Of a stretch of DNA of 64,000 nucleotides, positions 22,879-37,596 are shown in pieces; position 1 is the stretch's first letter; the number at the start of each line of letters is the position of its first letter. The notes beneath the pieces are model-generated. The model did no database searches. It was not told the origin of the DNA and saw only the letters and a program-made list of their open reading frames with translations. The DNA is taken from assembly GCA_025786725.1 (NCBI GenBank), contig JAHLTZ010000020.1, forward strand, positions 186,001 to 250,000, given 5' to 3'. The position numbers and the translations under genes are program-made. The stretch comes from Syncephalis fuscata S228. Lineage: Eukaryota; Fungi; Zoopagomycota.

Positions 22879-25544
22879 TTACTGATAGTCTTCCTCCTCT
22901 TCTTCTTCTTCTTCAAGTCGAGTTCGTTTCATTGGTGATTTAGCAGCAGAGGCAACAGTATTAAGAAAGCGATTAATATGTCGCTCTCCTTGTTCATCTG
23001 CCAGAACTGCATCTGCAGGTTCCCATACTGTACGATAAGTGACCTGATACTCAATTCTCTACCAATAGTATTGATTGTTAATAATGTTACTGTAATGATT
23101 AATCATTTACTTACTCCTCGACGTTCACGTACGCCAGATACACCTTTAATACTGGGCGGTGAAGGTAAACTGGTCGATGAGAGTGAGAGGCGTGAACGTA
23201 ACATAGATACACCTAGTGGTTGTTCTGTGTCACGTCGTCTTGAATTACGGGCTGCTCTATCCACCGACCAAGCATCGCGGCGATGTCGATCGGCAGTTAT
23301 ATGAGGTGTAGTGGATTTCCGACCAATACGTGTGGTGGCAGCATCGGCGATCTCACTATTAAACAGACGTCCACGTCGTTCATTCTGTGTATCATACATG
23401 ATATCGCCACCAATAGTACGTCGTCTATTGGCTCGTTCACGTCTTGACATTGGATTTAGTAATTCTGGTCGGTTAGGATCTTGATCCGGTGTTTTTTGTA
23501 ACTCTTCATCATTAAATATAGAATCTGGATCTGGTAATGGAGGTGCATTCTCTAATGCTTGTGCTAATTGATTAAATGAATGTGTTGTATCACGGATATC
23601 TTCTTGTGATATATCTCGATAGACTAGACGTTGAGGAAGTGTGTTATTGGCAGTAGCAGTAATAGTAGGCTGTTTTATTGTTGATGGAGATGTCATAGCT
23701 CTAGTATTCCAAAACTTTGGCCGAATTGGTGTTGGTGTATGTTCTAGATACTGACTAGGCGTGGATTGAGGTGTTGTTGTTGATGCTTCAAGTATACGTT
23801 GTTTTCTTGTAGGTGTATTACTAACAGATGCTGTTATTACAGTTCTTCTTGGTGATTGAATATCATTAACTACTAATAATGAATTATCTGCTTGTTGTGT
23901 TTCATTTTCTGTTAATATACTATAATGAGGAATGTCTATATATAAATCTTCTTCTTCTTCTTCTAATGTTATTTCTTCTTCTTGTTCTTGTTCTTCTTCT
24001 TCTTCTTCTTGTTCTTCTTCTTCTAATGTTACTTCTTCTTCTTCTTCTATTTCATTTTCATATGTTGACAGTAGATTACTTGTGGTAATTTCACTAGTAT
24101 TTATTGACCCATATAAATCTGTTGTATCAATTTCATCTATAATTGTAGGTTGTGACAAGTGTTCCTTATTATTTGTTACTATAGTCTCATTAAGAGAATG
24201 TGTTGGTTGGTGTGTAGTTGGTGTCTGATTCGATGTCAATTTATTGGGCAATTTATACTGTGGTGATCGATCATCAATTGGTGTTCCATATAGACCACCA
24301 AAAACATTAACTTTAGATTTAATAGATTTACGTGGAGATCTAATTGGTGTATGATTATTTTCAATATTAATGTTATTATTGATATTACTACTACTACTAG
24401 TAGTAGTAGGTGTATTTGCCATCTTAATAGTTGTAGTCGGTGATGATTGAGTTAAATCTATTTCTACAACACTATCTCTTAATGCATCTATTAATGGACT
24501 ATGTATAGTAGCAGCTGGTCTAGTACTTTCAATAAGTGATGGTACTGTTACTCCATTCATCATTAATTCCTTATTTTTACTCTTTTCTACTTGAGCTCGA
24601 TGATCTTCAAATCCTAATGATCTATACAAATCAGGAAATTGGTGTCTTATTCTAAATAGATATAATATGAATATAATAAGTATCGATGTAATAATAACTA
24701 TATATCCTACCTATCACGGATATCTGTACCAGATCGACCTAAATCGCACGTCTTTGAAATAAATGCCCATCGTGCGCCATGCTAAATAATATACATAGAT
24801 ATAGTATATTCATTATTATATCATCTATACTCGTGTTAAACTTACTTTAGTAACAGCCTCATAAATAATTTGATCTTCTAATTCTGTAAATGGAATACGA
24901 CCGCCTCTTTTCTTAGCAATAAATCCACCAGGCGGCAATGGCCAATGGTTTGCAGTATCTGTTGATGTTTTAGCAAATTCTGTATTAGGATAAAGACGGC
25001 AATATTCTAAAGGAAATATTGTACGAAATCTAATAGATCATGGTTGATATGAATACTTATGCCATTATAGATTATACTAACTTGTCTCTTAAATCTATGC
25101 CGGTATAGTTGTCAAATTTAAATGACGGATCATCTAGTATAGCCTTCCAGTTGCCTACATTATGCTAATTCATTTCAATATAGTTAGTAGTTGTATTAGT
25201 ATATTCAACAGAATATCTACTAGTTACCTTGACACAAGCACGAACAAGCATATTTGTATGTTCGTCTGTCCATAGACGTGAAGAACGTAATTGTTGTGAA
25301 ATAGTATCTGTCTCACTTGCTGTTGGTTGACTATCTATTTGTTCGCTGGTCTATATGCATACAGCATATATATATATATTATGACTGGTTATTAACAAGT
25401 ACTATGCTATCCATCATATCCTACCTCCTCTTCATTAGAATGTTTACTATTACTTATAGGTACAGTTTCTTCATCGGAATGTTCTGAAGCACTATCTGGC
25501 TCCTTATTTCCACTCGCCATTCTTCTTGTCTTCATCGGTGACAT
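22879..25544 (-). CDS. Tandem telobox Myb protein (Tay1/Teb1/TRF-like) with C-terminal chromodomain-like module
   Basis: Spliced Myb1 WTDEHTNMLVRACVK|HNVGNWKAILDDPSFKFDNYTGIDLRD|KFRTIFP and Myb2 PFTELEDQIIYEAVTK|HGARWAFISKTCDLGRSGTDIRD|RIRHQFPDLY, then a long acidic linker and last exon RIEYQVTYRTVWEPADAVL. Confidence 0.8.
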
Positions 25545-25986
25545 GTTTTGTTGGTTGGTTAATACGTCTTGTTAATATTTAACTGGAATTAAGCGAAAAA
25601 CAAATAATAGCTTAGTAAAATGATTTATTAGTAATAATAATAATAATATGTAACTATTACGTGTAAACTATACAGTTTTGGTTTGTTTTGATTTTCAAAT
25701 ATTTATCACGTGACTGTAGAATACACTAACATTACTATGAAAGTAGAATATTATTACAATTCAGCTTTATTATTCTTATCAATAACCGTAACAATAACAA
25801 CAACAACCGCAGTAGCAGTGTGGTATTACTGTTTACTGCGCGTAATTGGCTTTGCAATACAGAGACTAGTCTATTTTCCGTTCTTTGTGCTATAATCCGA
25901 ACTGCATTCTTTGTGTGTGCGTGTCTGTGTGTATTTTGCTCTTATTTTGGCGCGTTTTTGGAGATAGCTGTAGATTGACTACATGA

Positions 25987-28900
25987 ATGTCTCCCCTTTC
26001 ATACGATCGTACTGCAGAGATGGTCAGTACGACGGCCGGTACTTCGAATACAGTTGCCGGCACAATGAATGGCGTCAATACAACCGAAGAAAAGAACGTT
26101 GGAAGGCCAACTTCTGTGTATGAATCGCAATCTACACTAAAGTCTGCCGCACCAATTCAACACGATACTACAGATCGTGAAGCGGCAATAGCAACAACAA
26201 CAACAACAAATACCCTATTAGACAGTCAAGGTCCCTCTTATGTTAATGCCTTTCAACGACCACGTGCACCACTCCGTACACGGCTTAATAAAGGTCGAGG
26301 TGGCTATTCACGACAGCTTCCCAATCATGCTCGGTCACAAGCAGCAACAGCAACAACAACAACAACAACTGCTGCCACTTCTACTGCTGCCTTATCACTG
26401 GCGGACGAATTAGCCAAAGCAAATGCCGGACCAATACTTGATAGTTCAGGTAAGTTATTAATCAAACGCGTATACTATGCATAATTGATATAATTATTGT
26501 ATATCATTAGTTCATGCCATACAGCAAGTAAACCATGTTGCAGTCCATCCTCCTGCTGAACCAACGACTGGCCCAACCGCTTCAATGTCTAATAATTCAT
26601 GGCTTGGTATATTATCACCACAGGAGATCGAACTAATGCGTAATCTTGATATTCAATATGGAGTGTCAAAATCCAACTGGAATAAACCAGTCAACCAGAA
26701 CATTAAGACTTCAAGAGTTACTATTGACAAGCCATCTATGACATCTAATAGAAAAACGGCCATATCGACATCTATTGCCACGACAACATCTGCTGCAACG
26801 AACACGTTACCCATAGCAACTGCTTCTCTTACAACAACGATGACAGCAGCAGCAGTAGCAGCAGCAACGGCACCCTTACAAAGTGAATCGCTCACACAGC
26901 CAAGTTCATTGATCAATCGCAACACAACAAGCAACCTTATCTTAGTATTAAAGAGCGGCAAAAATCGCAGAAGGAAATATTGGGACACTTACGCGAACGA
27001 GCCATTGCGGCCAAAGTACAACAAAAACAAATAGAAGCTAGTCAAACAAAATCACAATTGTTTATACCCAAAGTATCAACGAATACAGCTACGATGACAG
27101 CTGCTCCTATAGCTGATTTGATACAACCAACAACAGTGGCAACAACAACAACAACAAATATGACTATGAATGATGCAATATTACCTACAATGTATAGTGC
27201 ATTGACCACCGCTACTATGCCTACTACACAAGTGAATCGTACGCCGTATCGTCAAGCTAAACCAGCTGAATCCACTTCTCATATAGATCGATTTACACGA
27301 ACACCTGCTAAAATGCCCACTGTATCTGATGCACTCTTATTTACCAATAAACCCGAATCAGCTATGAGGCAGTCAGTATCACGCCGTATACCAGGTATTC
27401 TACCAGATGTTACTGCTGTTATGGATCAATTACAACTTACATCAAGTCAAGTGCCATCAGCACCGCCAATTACACATCCATTGAAACCGGATCAACAAAA
27501 GCCATCTAGTACATCGAATGGATCAGCTGTAACAAAACCGGCAAAGTTTCCTATTCTATCGGCACTGCTTAATGGTAAGCCTATTTCTAAATTACGTCCC
27601 ATGGAAGCATCTGGTCGACCGGTACGTATTAATCTCGGTCAAACTCGCTTATGCATCACCGAGGATCCAACGGGTATAGTCCATATCGATCTGTTACGTA
27701 ATGGTAAACGAGCAGGTGCCCATACATTCCAAATTAACAAAGATGGCATACTGAAAGAAAGACAGTCTGAATACCGGCAAAACAAGCTACTGCACCCACC
27801 AAAGTAGTACTTCGTAAAGAAACAGTATTACAAACAACAAGTGAACCCATGAAAGAACCGCACTATATTGACAGCAATACGACGACATCTAAAGATGCAA
27901 CATTTGTAACTGCCAATTCACATATGATAAAGAATTCATTATGGTCACAGTCATATAGACCACCACCAACACCATTATTGACTCAGCATAAAGAAGGAGA
28001 GGGAAGGGTGGAAGAAGAACAGCCGCCACCATCACCGTGGTTGACTTCAAGTCTTAATAATGAAGATTATTGGAAACGATTATCGCTTGTTATGGATCAA
28101 TTACCAACTAGTAATTATGGTAAATCAATACAAAAAAATCACCTATTACTAGTACGCCTATCCGATCTAGTGATCAAAAATTACGTGGCTTATCTAGTAA
28201 TAATAAGGAGAATATGAATCAAAGGTAAGTTATATATATATATATATAATATTAATATAATGTATTAATCAATCAATTAATTAATTAATAATATACAATA
28301 TTAATATATTAGTTTATGGGATGATGTCAGTTCAGTGATGAGTAATTCAGTGCAAATACCATCCATAGGCACATCTCAATACAAAAAGTAAGTTAATATG
28401 CAGTCAATTAATTAATGATTAATTAATTATTAATATCTATTTAACAGTAGTTCATCAATGGAACCTATGTCAAGGGTAAGATATATCTATATTTATATTT
28501 ATATCTATATTTATATTTATATAATATTCAATATTTATTGTAATCTACATATAGTCACAATTATCAGATGGCAATCTATTAAATAGTCGATATTTCAATG
28601 GTGGGGATGAAATAGAAGACATAGGAGAAGAATCAGGATTGGCCAGTCGATATTTTCTTAGTAATCATGGTCGAGATGAAAATGGATTGGGTGGATCCAT
28701 GTTGGCCAGTAAATACTTTAAAGAGGCGCAGAATACCGTGCTATCTACTAAAGAGTCCTTAAATAGTGATAATGGTAATAATAGATTGTCAGAAGATGGA
28801 GCATCAGGTAATAGTTGGCCATTACGTCCACTACATGAAGCAAGCCCAATTGCGGTAAATGAAGAAGACAAGGGTATACAAGATCGATTACAGCAATCCC

Positions 28901-29920
28901 GTCTATATGCTGAGAACTTGCAGTCTAAAATAAATGAACAATCTGCCCGAGTGGATCGATTAGAAGATGAAAAGCGACATATTATTGGACTAGTCAGCGA
29001 GATTATGTCCAATTCATCACTACGTAATAGTCTACGATCACTAGATGATGCGATAGTATTCATGGCGATGCTAATGAAGAACACGCTATTGATAGACTAG
29101 ACATTAACACATCTATTTCATCTATTGAACGGGTCTAAGGCGAGCTGAAGATGGATATGTTGATGAATGGTTACCGGTGAAGGAACGTCGATTAGCAAAG
29201 ATACGACAAGTAGCAGAGAATCTACTTGAAGAACGACAACGACAACAAGCAATGATTAGTCGATTACAGGATCAAGAATCGAAGATTGGTCAATTAATGA
29301 AGGCACTATCACATACACGTCCAACAACAGCAACAGCAACAACAACAGTTCAGTCAGTATCCGATACAGTTACTAATAAGGATAGAGTGCCTATATCTAT
29401 TATGAAACCTACATCACATCCACCTATAAATCAACAACATCAACGACAACATCAGTATGACGATAGACAGGATGAAATGGATTGGATATATGATGAACAA
29501 GCACCATTTGACCATTCACCTAATGATGTTACTAATCATCATTATAATCGTCATCATTATAATCGTCATCAGTATCATAATAATCGAGTCTATGTAGATG
29601 CTTATGGATCACCTACATCACAAGTAACCAATGCTAGTACAACACCACCACAATCACCACCATTATCGGTAACTAGAAGAGGAGGGTCAGCTACTAATAC
29701 TGATACTGCTACTACACGTCAAGTAACTACTGCCCATACGAATACCAATCGACATCCATTATATGTACCCACAACTACTTTTAATCAACAACAACAACCA
29801 TTCCCTATACGTTCAGCGATGAAGGGTCAACGAGATGATGGAGAATCGGCTGGATTAGCAAGATCGGTTACCTGGCATAAAGAGGTAGAACGTGTCCACT
29901 TTTATAGTCCATCTAAATGA
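25987..29920 (+). CDS. Large low-complexity hypothetical protein with C-terminal coiled coil
   Basis: Successive + strand ORFs joined by GT-AG introns and apparent frameshifts. Thr/Ser/Pro-rich, with heptad-like segments IQDRLQQSRLYAENLQSKINEQSARVDRLEDEK and LEERQRQQAMISRLQDQESKIGQLMKAL. Confidence 0.6.
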
Positions 29921-30132
29921 GCGACGCGTATGTTTATTACTTAATTTGACTTTTTGTAGGGTGTAATTTAAATTATTTGTATTATACATTATAGTAATAG
30001 TACATGGCATTGATATTGATATTTATTATATAAAGATATTGGCAACCATGACATTCATTATTAAATAGATTTATAAGTGCCATATTGAATAGAAGTGATA
30101 CTTTTAGCATATATATATATATATTTAGCTAT

Positions 30133-30795
30133 TTACTCATTCATAGATGTATCATTATCTTCATTATCTTGCGCTTCTTCTGGTATAATATCATCTTGGT
30201 CATCGTCATCTTCAGTTGAAATGGTTTCATAATTGCCCTCGGCTACTTTAGATTCAAATTCAGTATAGATATGACCGCATAATTCCATTAAATCATTAAG
30301 ACCTTGTTTGAGTGCTTCTACTGCGGTTGTTTCCTCTATTAATATATATATATATATATAATATTACTATTAATTAGAATTAATTAAAACTAATAAACTT
30401 ACGTAATGTTTGAATACGTAAATGTAGTTTATCGTCTGATGGATGTGGTAAAGAATAGCCACAAAATTCAACATTTGGACTATAACAAATAATGTTATTA
30501 ATATTAATTAGTGTTAATATTGTTACTTACTTTTTCATAATCATATAGCGTAGAGCATTGCCTAACGTATGATCTTCATGGTGAATAACAAAAGTGGCAG
30601 CCGTCAAATCATCACCATTGCCAGCCAACTATTATTTGTATTATATTAATAGCTATTATTTACTATATAGTTATTATTTATAATATTAATTACCATTTCC
30701 AGTTTGCCTTCTATTTCACTACCTGGATAACCTAAATCATCATCAGCCTCAATAATGAGTGCTGGTTCTGTTGCACGCATCTCTGTATCAGACAT
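30133..30795 (-). CDS. RPC19: RNA polymerase I/III shared subunit AC19
   Basis: [22 protein letters not shown]|[25 protein letters not shown]...[16 protein letters not shown]. Confidence 0.92.
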
Positions 30796-31205
30796 GTTGT
30801 TGTTGTAGCAACCAAGAAATAGATAATTTAATGGAATATGGAATTCCGTCAGTTCAGTTCAGTATAATGCAAAACACCTATTAACGATGAATACAAATAG
30901 TACTTTATCGCAATAGTCGTGATAATAATAGTATTGATAATATAATAATGCTAATAGTATAAGCACACTTCTACTAATAACAACAACAACCAGTAGCAAT
31001 AGTGGTCGAATAAGCGATAAGCGAACAAGAGAGAAAGAAAAAAGAAAAAGTATTTTCTACATCTTTAATTATAAAATGAATTTTCGTTCTATTCCACTGA
31101 ACACACAAACACACACACTTGTTCTTTAACCACTAACTAACTAACTAAATAACCACGTAGCGTGTTTATTTACTTTGATTACACTTTGGTTACTTGTCGT
31201 TAATA

Positions 31206-31711
31206 ATGTTGTCATTGTCGGTTATTGCACAACGTCAATCAAGTGTGCGTCTACTACAAGTGGGTCGGTCATGGTTAACGACCAATAGTGCTGCTGCTGC
31301 TACTACAGGTAAATAATATAGATCTATAAACTAGTGGCAAATAGTAGAGTAATTGTTGAATATAGAAGCGGTAAAGGCACCTACTACAACTAGCAAATCA
31401 AAGGCACCACTTGAATACTATGTGCGTCGTACTAATTCAAAGCTATTACCTGTCTATACGGATATCCGTAATGGTAATACGCGTCATTTAACTATTATAC
31501 GTCGTATTGATGGTTCAGCTCAGGTAAATCTATAGTATTATATTGAATAGCATCTGGTAACTAATACTTAATGAACTAGACACTGGCTAAAGACATTACA
31601 ACAGCCTTTCCAGATATGCAAGTATCGGTTAAATCGCTAAATAATCAGGTTATTATTAAAGGTCGTCGTACACGGGACATTTGTCAATTTCTTGAAGAAA
31701 AGGGCTTTTAA
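31206..31711 (+). CDS. IMG2: Mitochondrial ribosomal protein mL49 (Img2)
   Basis: Presequence-like N-terminus; YYVRRTNSKLLPVYTDIRNGNTRHLTIIRRIDG ... VIIKGRRTRDICQFLEEKGF*. Confidence 0.9.
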
Positions 31712-31836
31712 ATATTAAACAGTAGTTACAACAACAACAACAACAATAACAACAACACATCGATCAATAAACGCTATATAATTATTTGTAGTATCTTTTA
31801 CTGTCATCCGTGTTAATAAAGAGTGCACAACATTCA

Positions 31837-33774
31837 TTAAGCCGATGATTCCAAGGCATTGCCTGCAGTTGTCGTTGTCGTGGCGGGTGCCGCTTGTTTG
31901 CCAGATAAGCCTCGCGCTTTTCAATCTTTGAAGAGAGAATTTGCGTCTTCATAACCAGTCCCTTTGTACGTTCGATCATTTGTTGTTGCACCGATGGGAA
32001 GGACGTGTTCATAATAAAGGCATTCTATAAGTAAATAGCAATTATGTTATTAGTATTCATGTTGAATAGTTATAATAATGTGATCGTTACCTCGGCAAAG
32101 TCAATCTTGGCATCCATACGTGTATCACGTACTAGATTGACCAACCATTTCTCGCCTTCTTCCTTGTTTAGATTCAATCGCTGGGATAAAGCGCTAGATA
32201 AAAATAGATGAATCATTAGTATAGTATGGTATAGTCTATGGCTATTGGTATTAGTAGTGTATAGTCATACCTAATATCAATACGGGAATGGATGCGGCAA
32301 TAAGTCTCGGTGATGTAGCAGCGTGCTTGATCAAGGAATTCATCCAAAATGCTGCAAAGGAAAAAGTCGCTATCGAGTAGACTTTCACATTCCTTTAGAG
32401 CCAATTGTGCTCCATCGAAATCGTAGTCAACACATAGACTGGTAATGAACTTGGTAACCGGATCTTGGTACATATAGCTTGTCTATAAGCATTCAAGTTA
32501 ATATCGTGTGCTCTATAGCCTTTTTATTAATCTTACCTGTTGTACGACAGCAACAAGATCCTTCATATAGTTCTTTCTGCGCTTTGTGTTCATAACGGCC
32601 GCAATGAGGTAGCGCACAATCCATGGACAGCCATTCTGAATGGTATTGATGTAGTTTGGCTGGAAGAACATATCAACAAGCACGTCACGACCACGAGCGT
32701 GATTGAAGAATACGAATAGCGACCAGTGGATCAACCAGGTACGGGCTTCAAGTTGTTGTACTGGTGTAGCATATGGCTAAATGCATTGAATAAGCATCGC
32801 TATGATGGTTAAATTGTCTAATGACTTACTCGTTGTTCAACAGCATCACGTAGGATAAACAGATCGGTCAGAGCACCGTCCCAGTTACCGGACAACATCT
32901 CCGAGGCCATCTTGCCCCATAGAGCTGACATGTTTGTTTCATTGTCGGTCGACTATGATTATAATAATTATAACAATAATTATATTGGATAAGTATTAGT
33001 GATTGACTATAGTTGCTATAACACTTTTATCTTACCAAAATGCGGTAATGGTAAAGCATATCGGCTGAACCACCATAGTTACCACACTCATATTGGAATT
33101 TACCAAACTCGTACATCAAACGAATTTTATCACTGGTCAACTAATCAAATCAATACGCATATATTCAATACGTTAAAATCATATAGGCCAACTACAATAG
33201 TTGTAGATAATTACCCCGAATCGTTCACTGATAATCTCTTGATTATGCACTTTATCTTGCTTAAGAGCGGCCAATACCTCAGGGTCCTGAATAATGTCCA
33301 AGACTTCTTGAACTTGCTCGCCCAACGAGTTTAATTTATTGATAACTGTCTCGCGATGCACTTTAAGCTCTATTATTAAAATAATAGATATAATAGATAT
33401 ATTAATAAATGTATTAATAAATCGCTCTATATGCCTTCTTATCGACTTACCTTCCGACTCTTCTTCAGTTTCATGCAATTCTTGGTAGACACTTAGAGTA
33501 AAGTCGACCATGTTCGTTTTGATAAGCATGTCATACTTGGCCTGTAGCAAATCCTTTGCTGGATGGGTCTATGCATACATTGTTAGTGATGAATGAATAC
33601 AAGCTGTGAGCTAGCCCAATATTGTATTTGTAATAGTGCTGCGATTTTCATCAACGTTATCTGCGCGTATTGCCAATCGCCTACCTTTTTCAGTAAAAGA
33701 AATTGAAGCAATGGAACTGCCAAGTGGCGATCCAAGAAAGGGATCATTTTCTGTGTAAGATCGTACTCTGCCAT
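31837..33774 (-). CDS. EIF3E: Eukaryotic translation initiation factor 3 subunit E (Int6)
   Basis: [92 protein letters not shown]. The 3' end is uncertain (31782 or 31837). Confidence 0.95.
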
Positions 33775-34678
33775 ATTGACAAGATTCTTCTCGGTAGACA
33801 AGTGTGTGGTGCTGTCGGTGAAAAAAGAAAGATGGCCAGACAGCGCGCAATAATGCCACTGACTGAAAGTGGGTGTAAGTGGGTCACTTTGATGGTTATT
33901 GTTGTTGGTATTGTTATTACACATCTAGACCAATGTGTTTATTGCTCATTATTTTTATTAGTATTTTATTGATGGGTCTAATAAAAGTTAATTATTTTCA
34001 CAAAATATACGTGAGGAAAAAGTCTTTTGACACCCAGTGTGGATCTTACAGTTTATCAACGAATCTCGTCTATCCAGACAAAACTAGCCAATCTCCACCG
34101 CACCGTCCAAGGAGCACCTCCTCTTTGAATCCACACACACATCCTCATATAAAGAGGTTAGCTTGTGGCAGGCGACATCCGCTAGCTCTTCGTTCAACGT
34201 TTTAGGAACGGTAAGTAATGCATCGATATATTATACATCTAGATAGACATGTAGATTACTCGGAGGCGGATACGCTGTATAGATGGATGGATGGATGGAT
34301 GATAATGAAATGGCATGATGTCATGGATATGCATCATAGCGATTGAATGAATGAACACAACGGCATCTTTATTGTAGATATAGAGCATTTAGACGATATA
34401 TTACATTAATGCTATCATTATCATCATTTTATTGAATAGCGGATGGATGGATGGATAGATGGATGGATGATTGATGAATAGATAGCTATTGAATGAGAGA
34501 GTATATATGACGGGTGTGCAATGGCTACTATACGGAATGCGAGTAGTTGCAATGACCATAACTATAGCTATGGTAATAATACAGCAATATGCATACATAA
34601 TATAGAGCGTTAAATGGCACGAATAATGTTTAGCAATAGTAACTAATAGTACATTCCAATAGAGTGAATTCATTCGCG

Positions 34679-35593
34679 ATGGCCAACGCCTCTCGTAACT
34701 CGGAACTTGCCTCTGGCATCAGTCGCTTCTCGCGCACCAAGACGTACAGCCGTCGCGCTCTATGGAAGCGCAACAAGGCTAGCGTTGGTAAAGCACTCAA
34801 CGCTGCTCCAGACACGACCAAGACCGTTTCGGTCAAGGGCGAGAAGAATGGCTCTGAGCGCACTGTTGCATTGAACAAGGCCCCACGCTTCTACCCAGCT
34901 CACGACCAAAGCCGCCCCATCCGCGCCCACAAGACGGTCCGTCCAACGAAGCTCCGCGCCAGCATTACCCCTGGTACCGTGCTCATCCTTTTGGCTGGTC
35001 GTTTCCGCGGTAAGCGCGTTGTTTTCTTGAAGCAATTGTCAAGCGGTCTTCTATTGGTCACCGGCCCATACAAGGTCAACGGTGTGCCAATCCGTCGCGT
35101 CAACCAGGCCTACGTCATTGCCACCTCTACCTCCGTCGATTTGTCGGGTGTCAAGGTAAGCGTGGATTTATAGAGCTAATAACGCGGCCTATATACTAAA
35201 GTGCAATGATGTGTTAGATTGATGAGAAATTCAACGATGACTACTTCAAGCGCGAAAAGGCCGCCAAGAACAAGAAGGCCACCGAGGAGGAATTCTTCGG
35301 CGACAACGCCAAGGTAAATGGCAATTAACATTATTTAATAGTGATAAGACAAAATAGTGTATTATATTATATATTACATATTATGATAATTACTATAAAT
35401 ACAATATATACTAAATACTAATTATAACCATTTATCATAGAAGCCCGTCTTGGCTGAAGGTCGTGCTGCTGACCAAAAGTCAGTCGATGCCGCCATCATC
35501 GCCGCTGTTGATAAGGTACCAATGCTCCGCTCCTACATTGGTGCCAAGTTCTCTCTCTCCAAGGGTCAAGCGCCACATGCCATGAAATTCTAA
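34679..35593 (+). CDS. RPL6: 60S ribosomal protein eL6
   Basis: [61 protein letters not shown]; ends [14 protein letters not shown]. Two coding introns, plus a probable 5'-UTR intron at 34211-34662. Confidence 0.97.
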
Positions 35594-36200
35594 ATTGGTC
35601 GTGTTCTTTCAACTCTTGCGTGGTAGTGATGATTACACAACTGCAACAACAATAGTTTTTATTGACTGACTGTCTTATGTGTGTCGTCGTTGTCGCAATG
35701 TCCCTTTGGTAGTTAGTATAGCTGTGAAAGCATAAGCGTGCATACCAATGGGAATGAATACCATTAAACCGCACGCATTTTCTTTATCGCGATTTGAGTG
35801 ATGTTATTTCATATAATATTGTCTATACTAGTTACACACTACGAGTATAAGTGTGATAATAATGGCTAAATCAAATAATGATGAATGATACAAATAACAA
35901 AGATATCAAAAGGAGATTGAAAAGTTTATTAACTCAATACTACAATAATAATCATAGTAATCGATAATTAATTAATGTATATTAGAATAGTAACATTACA
36001 TATCAATATGACACATGACATTTTATTGGACTTTTCATCCACACACACACAATTGGTGGTATATATACATTTACTACGCTTCTTTCTTCTTCTGTACTAG
36101 TTACATCATCATCAATATAGCCAACCAACCAACCTATTCATTCCATCTTTAAACAATACTGATTCGTGTACATCGTGGCTGAATTCCCGTCCAGTTAATT

Positions 36201-37547
36201 ATGGATTCCGTAAATATCTACGTAATAACTAAAATGAACAAAAACATTGATAGTGATTTGTATTATTATGATGATGACTATTTAGTTTGCCTTTCGTGCT
36301 CCTGGTCTATCGCTAGGTGGACGGGCACCTGCGTCGGTGGCAGTCGATCGGGCCAGTTCAGTGCGCAGTGCTACGATGGCCTCACCATCAACGCCGGGTG
36401 GTGTTGCGTCAGCCACGTCGTCGGCTGCATCGGCCTCCAGTACGGCAGCCAATGCACTACGTGGTGGTGGTGCTAGTGCGGCTGCAGCTGCGGCGGCTGC
36501 GTTAGAAGAACGTCGATCGGCACAATCAACGCATGCGCAACACTTTCGTCGTTACGAACTTATGGTAGAATTGTAAGTAGTAGTAGTAGTAGTAGTACAA
36601 CTATTGTTATTATTACATTTTAATTACTACTACTAATTATACCCGTCATTAGTACAAGTCTACGTAATCCAAAGCATTGTCCCCCTGGTGTTTATATGAT
36701 GCCTGGTCTTGATGATATGATGAGTAAGTATAACATTTACAATAATTTATTTACATCTAATAACAACAATCATATTGATTGAATAATATAGCATGGTATG
36801 GTGTGTGTTTTATTGATAGTGGCTATTATCGTGATGCTGTATTCAAGTTCAAATTATGCATTCCTGAAGACTATCCAAATCGTGGACCAACAGTTTTATT
36901 CATTACGGATATCTTCCATCCACTTGTGGATCCTAATGGTCGCTTCTCATTAAGAGCCCGTTTCCCTCGATGGGAACCACATCGTGATCATTTATTCCAT
37001 GTATTGCGCTATGTACGAGATGCTTTCCGTAGATCATCGCTTGATCGACTGGAAGAGTCACAGTGTCCTAATCGTGAAGCACTTCAAATGTAAGTTGTAT
37101 TTCGTATAGGTAAATAAACTATAATACTTTTATTTATTATATCAGGTACAAGGATGAACCACCACTATTTGCTAAATTAGCTCAACAATGCTCCAATATA
37201 TCGACCAAAGACTCTATTCTGTACGATAACTACCCTGAAACCAATTCTATTCGCTTTGTTCGATTAACCGACGTGAAACAAGGTAATGCTAATTAGAAAT
37301 CTATTGATATATATATATATATATAATTATTAACCAATTATTGCTATATTACTATAATGGAATAGAGGAGGCAAAGAAGCGTATGTTGGAAAGTGTGGTA
37401 AGTATTGTACAGTTAATGATTAATATAATGAAGTAATGTGGTTAATCCTTTTCTACTATTTAGCCATCAACAGATCGACCGGCTCATAAGAATTTCCAGG
37501 AAATGTTACGTTCTATTCAGTCTATGAATAACAATATAAAGCAGTAG
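36201..37547 (+). CDS. AKTIP/FTS (crossbronx)-like ubiquitin E2 variant
   Basis: RRYELMVE, CPPGVYMMP, WYGVCFIDSGYYRDAVFKFKLCIPEDYP, DIFHPLVDPNGRFSL (UBC fold lacking the catalytic Cys), CPNREALQM|YK. Confidence 0.85.
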
Positions 37548-37596
37548 ATTTATTATTACCGCCTTTAACAAATAAAGTAGTAGGCATTATGTGTTG

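Noticed and set aside
23945-24050. TCT/TCTTCT periodic tract and other microsatellites as CRISPR-like or regulatory arrays
   Set aside because: It encodes the poly-Glu linker of the Myb protein; there is no repeat-spacer structure. No CRISPR array, tRNA or rRNA was seen in the window.
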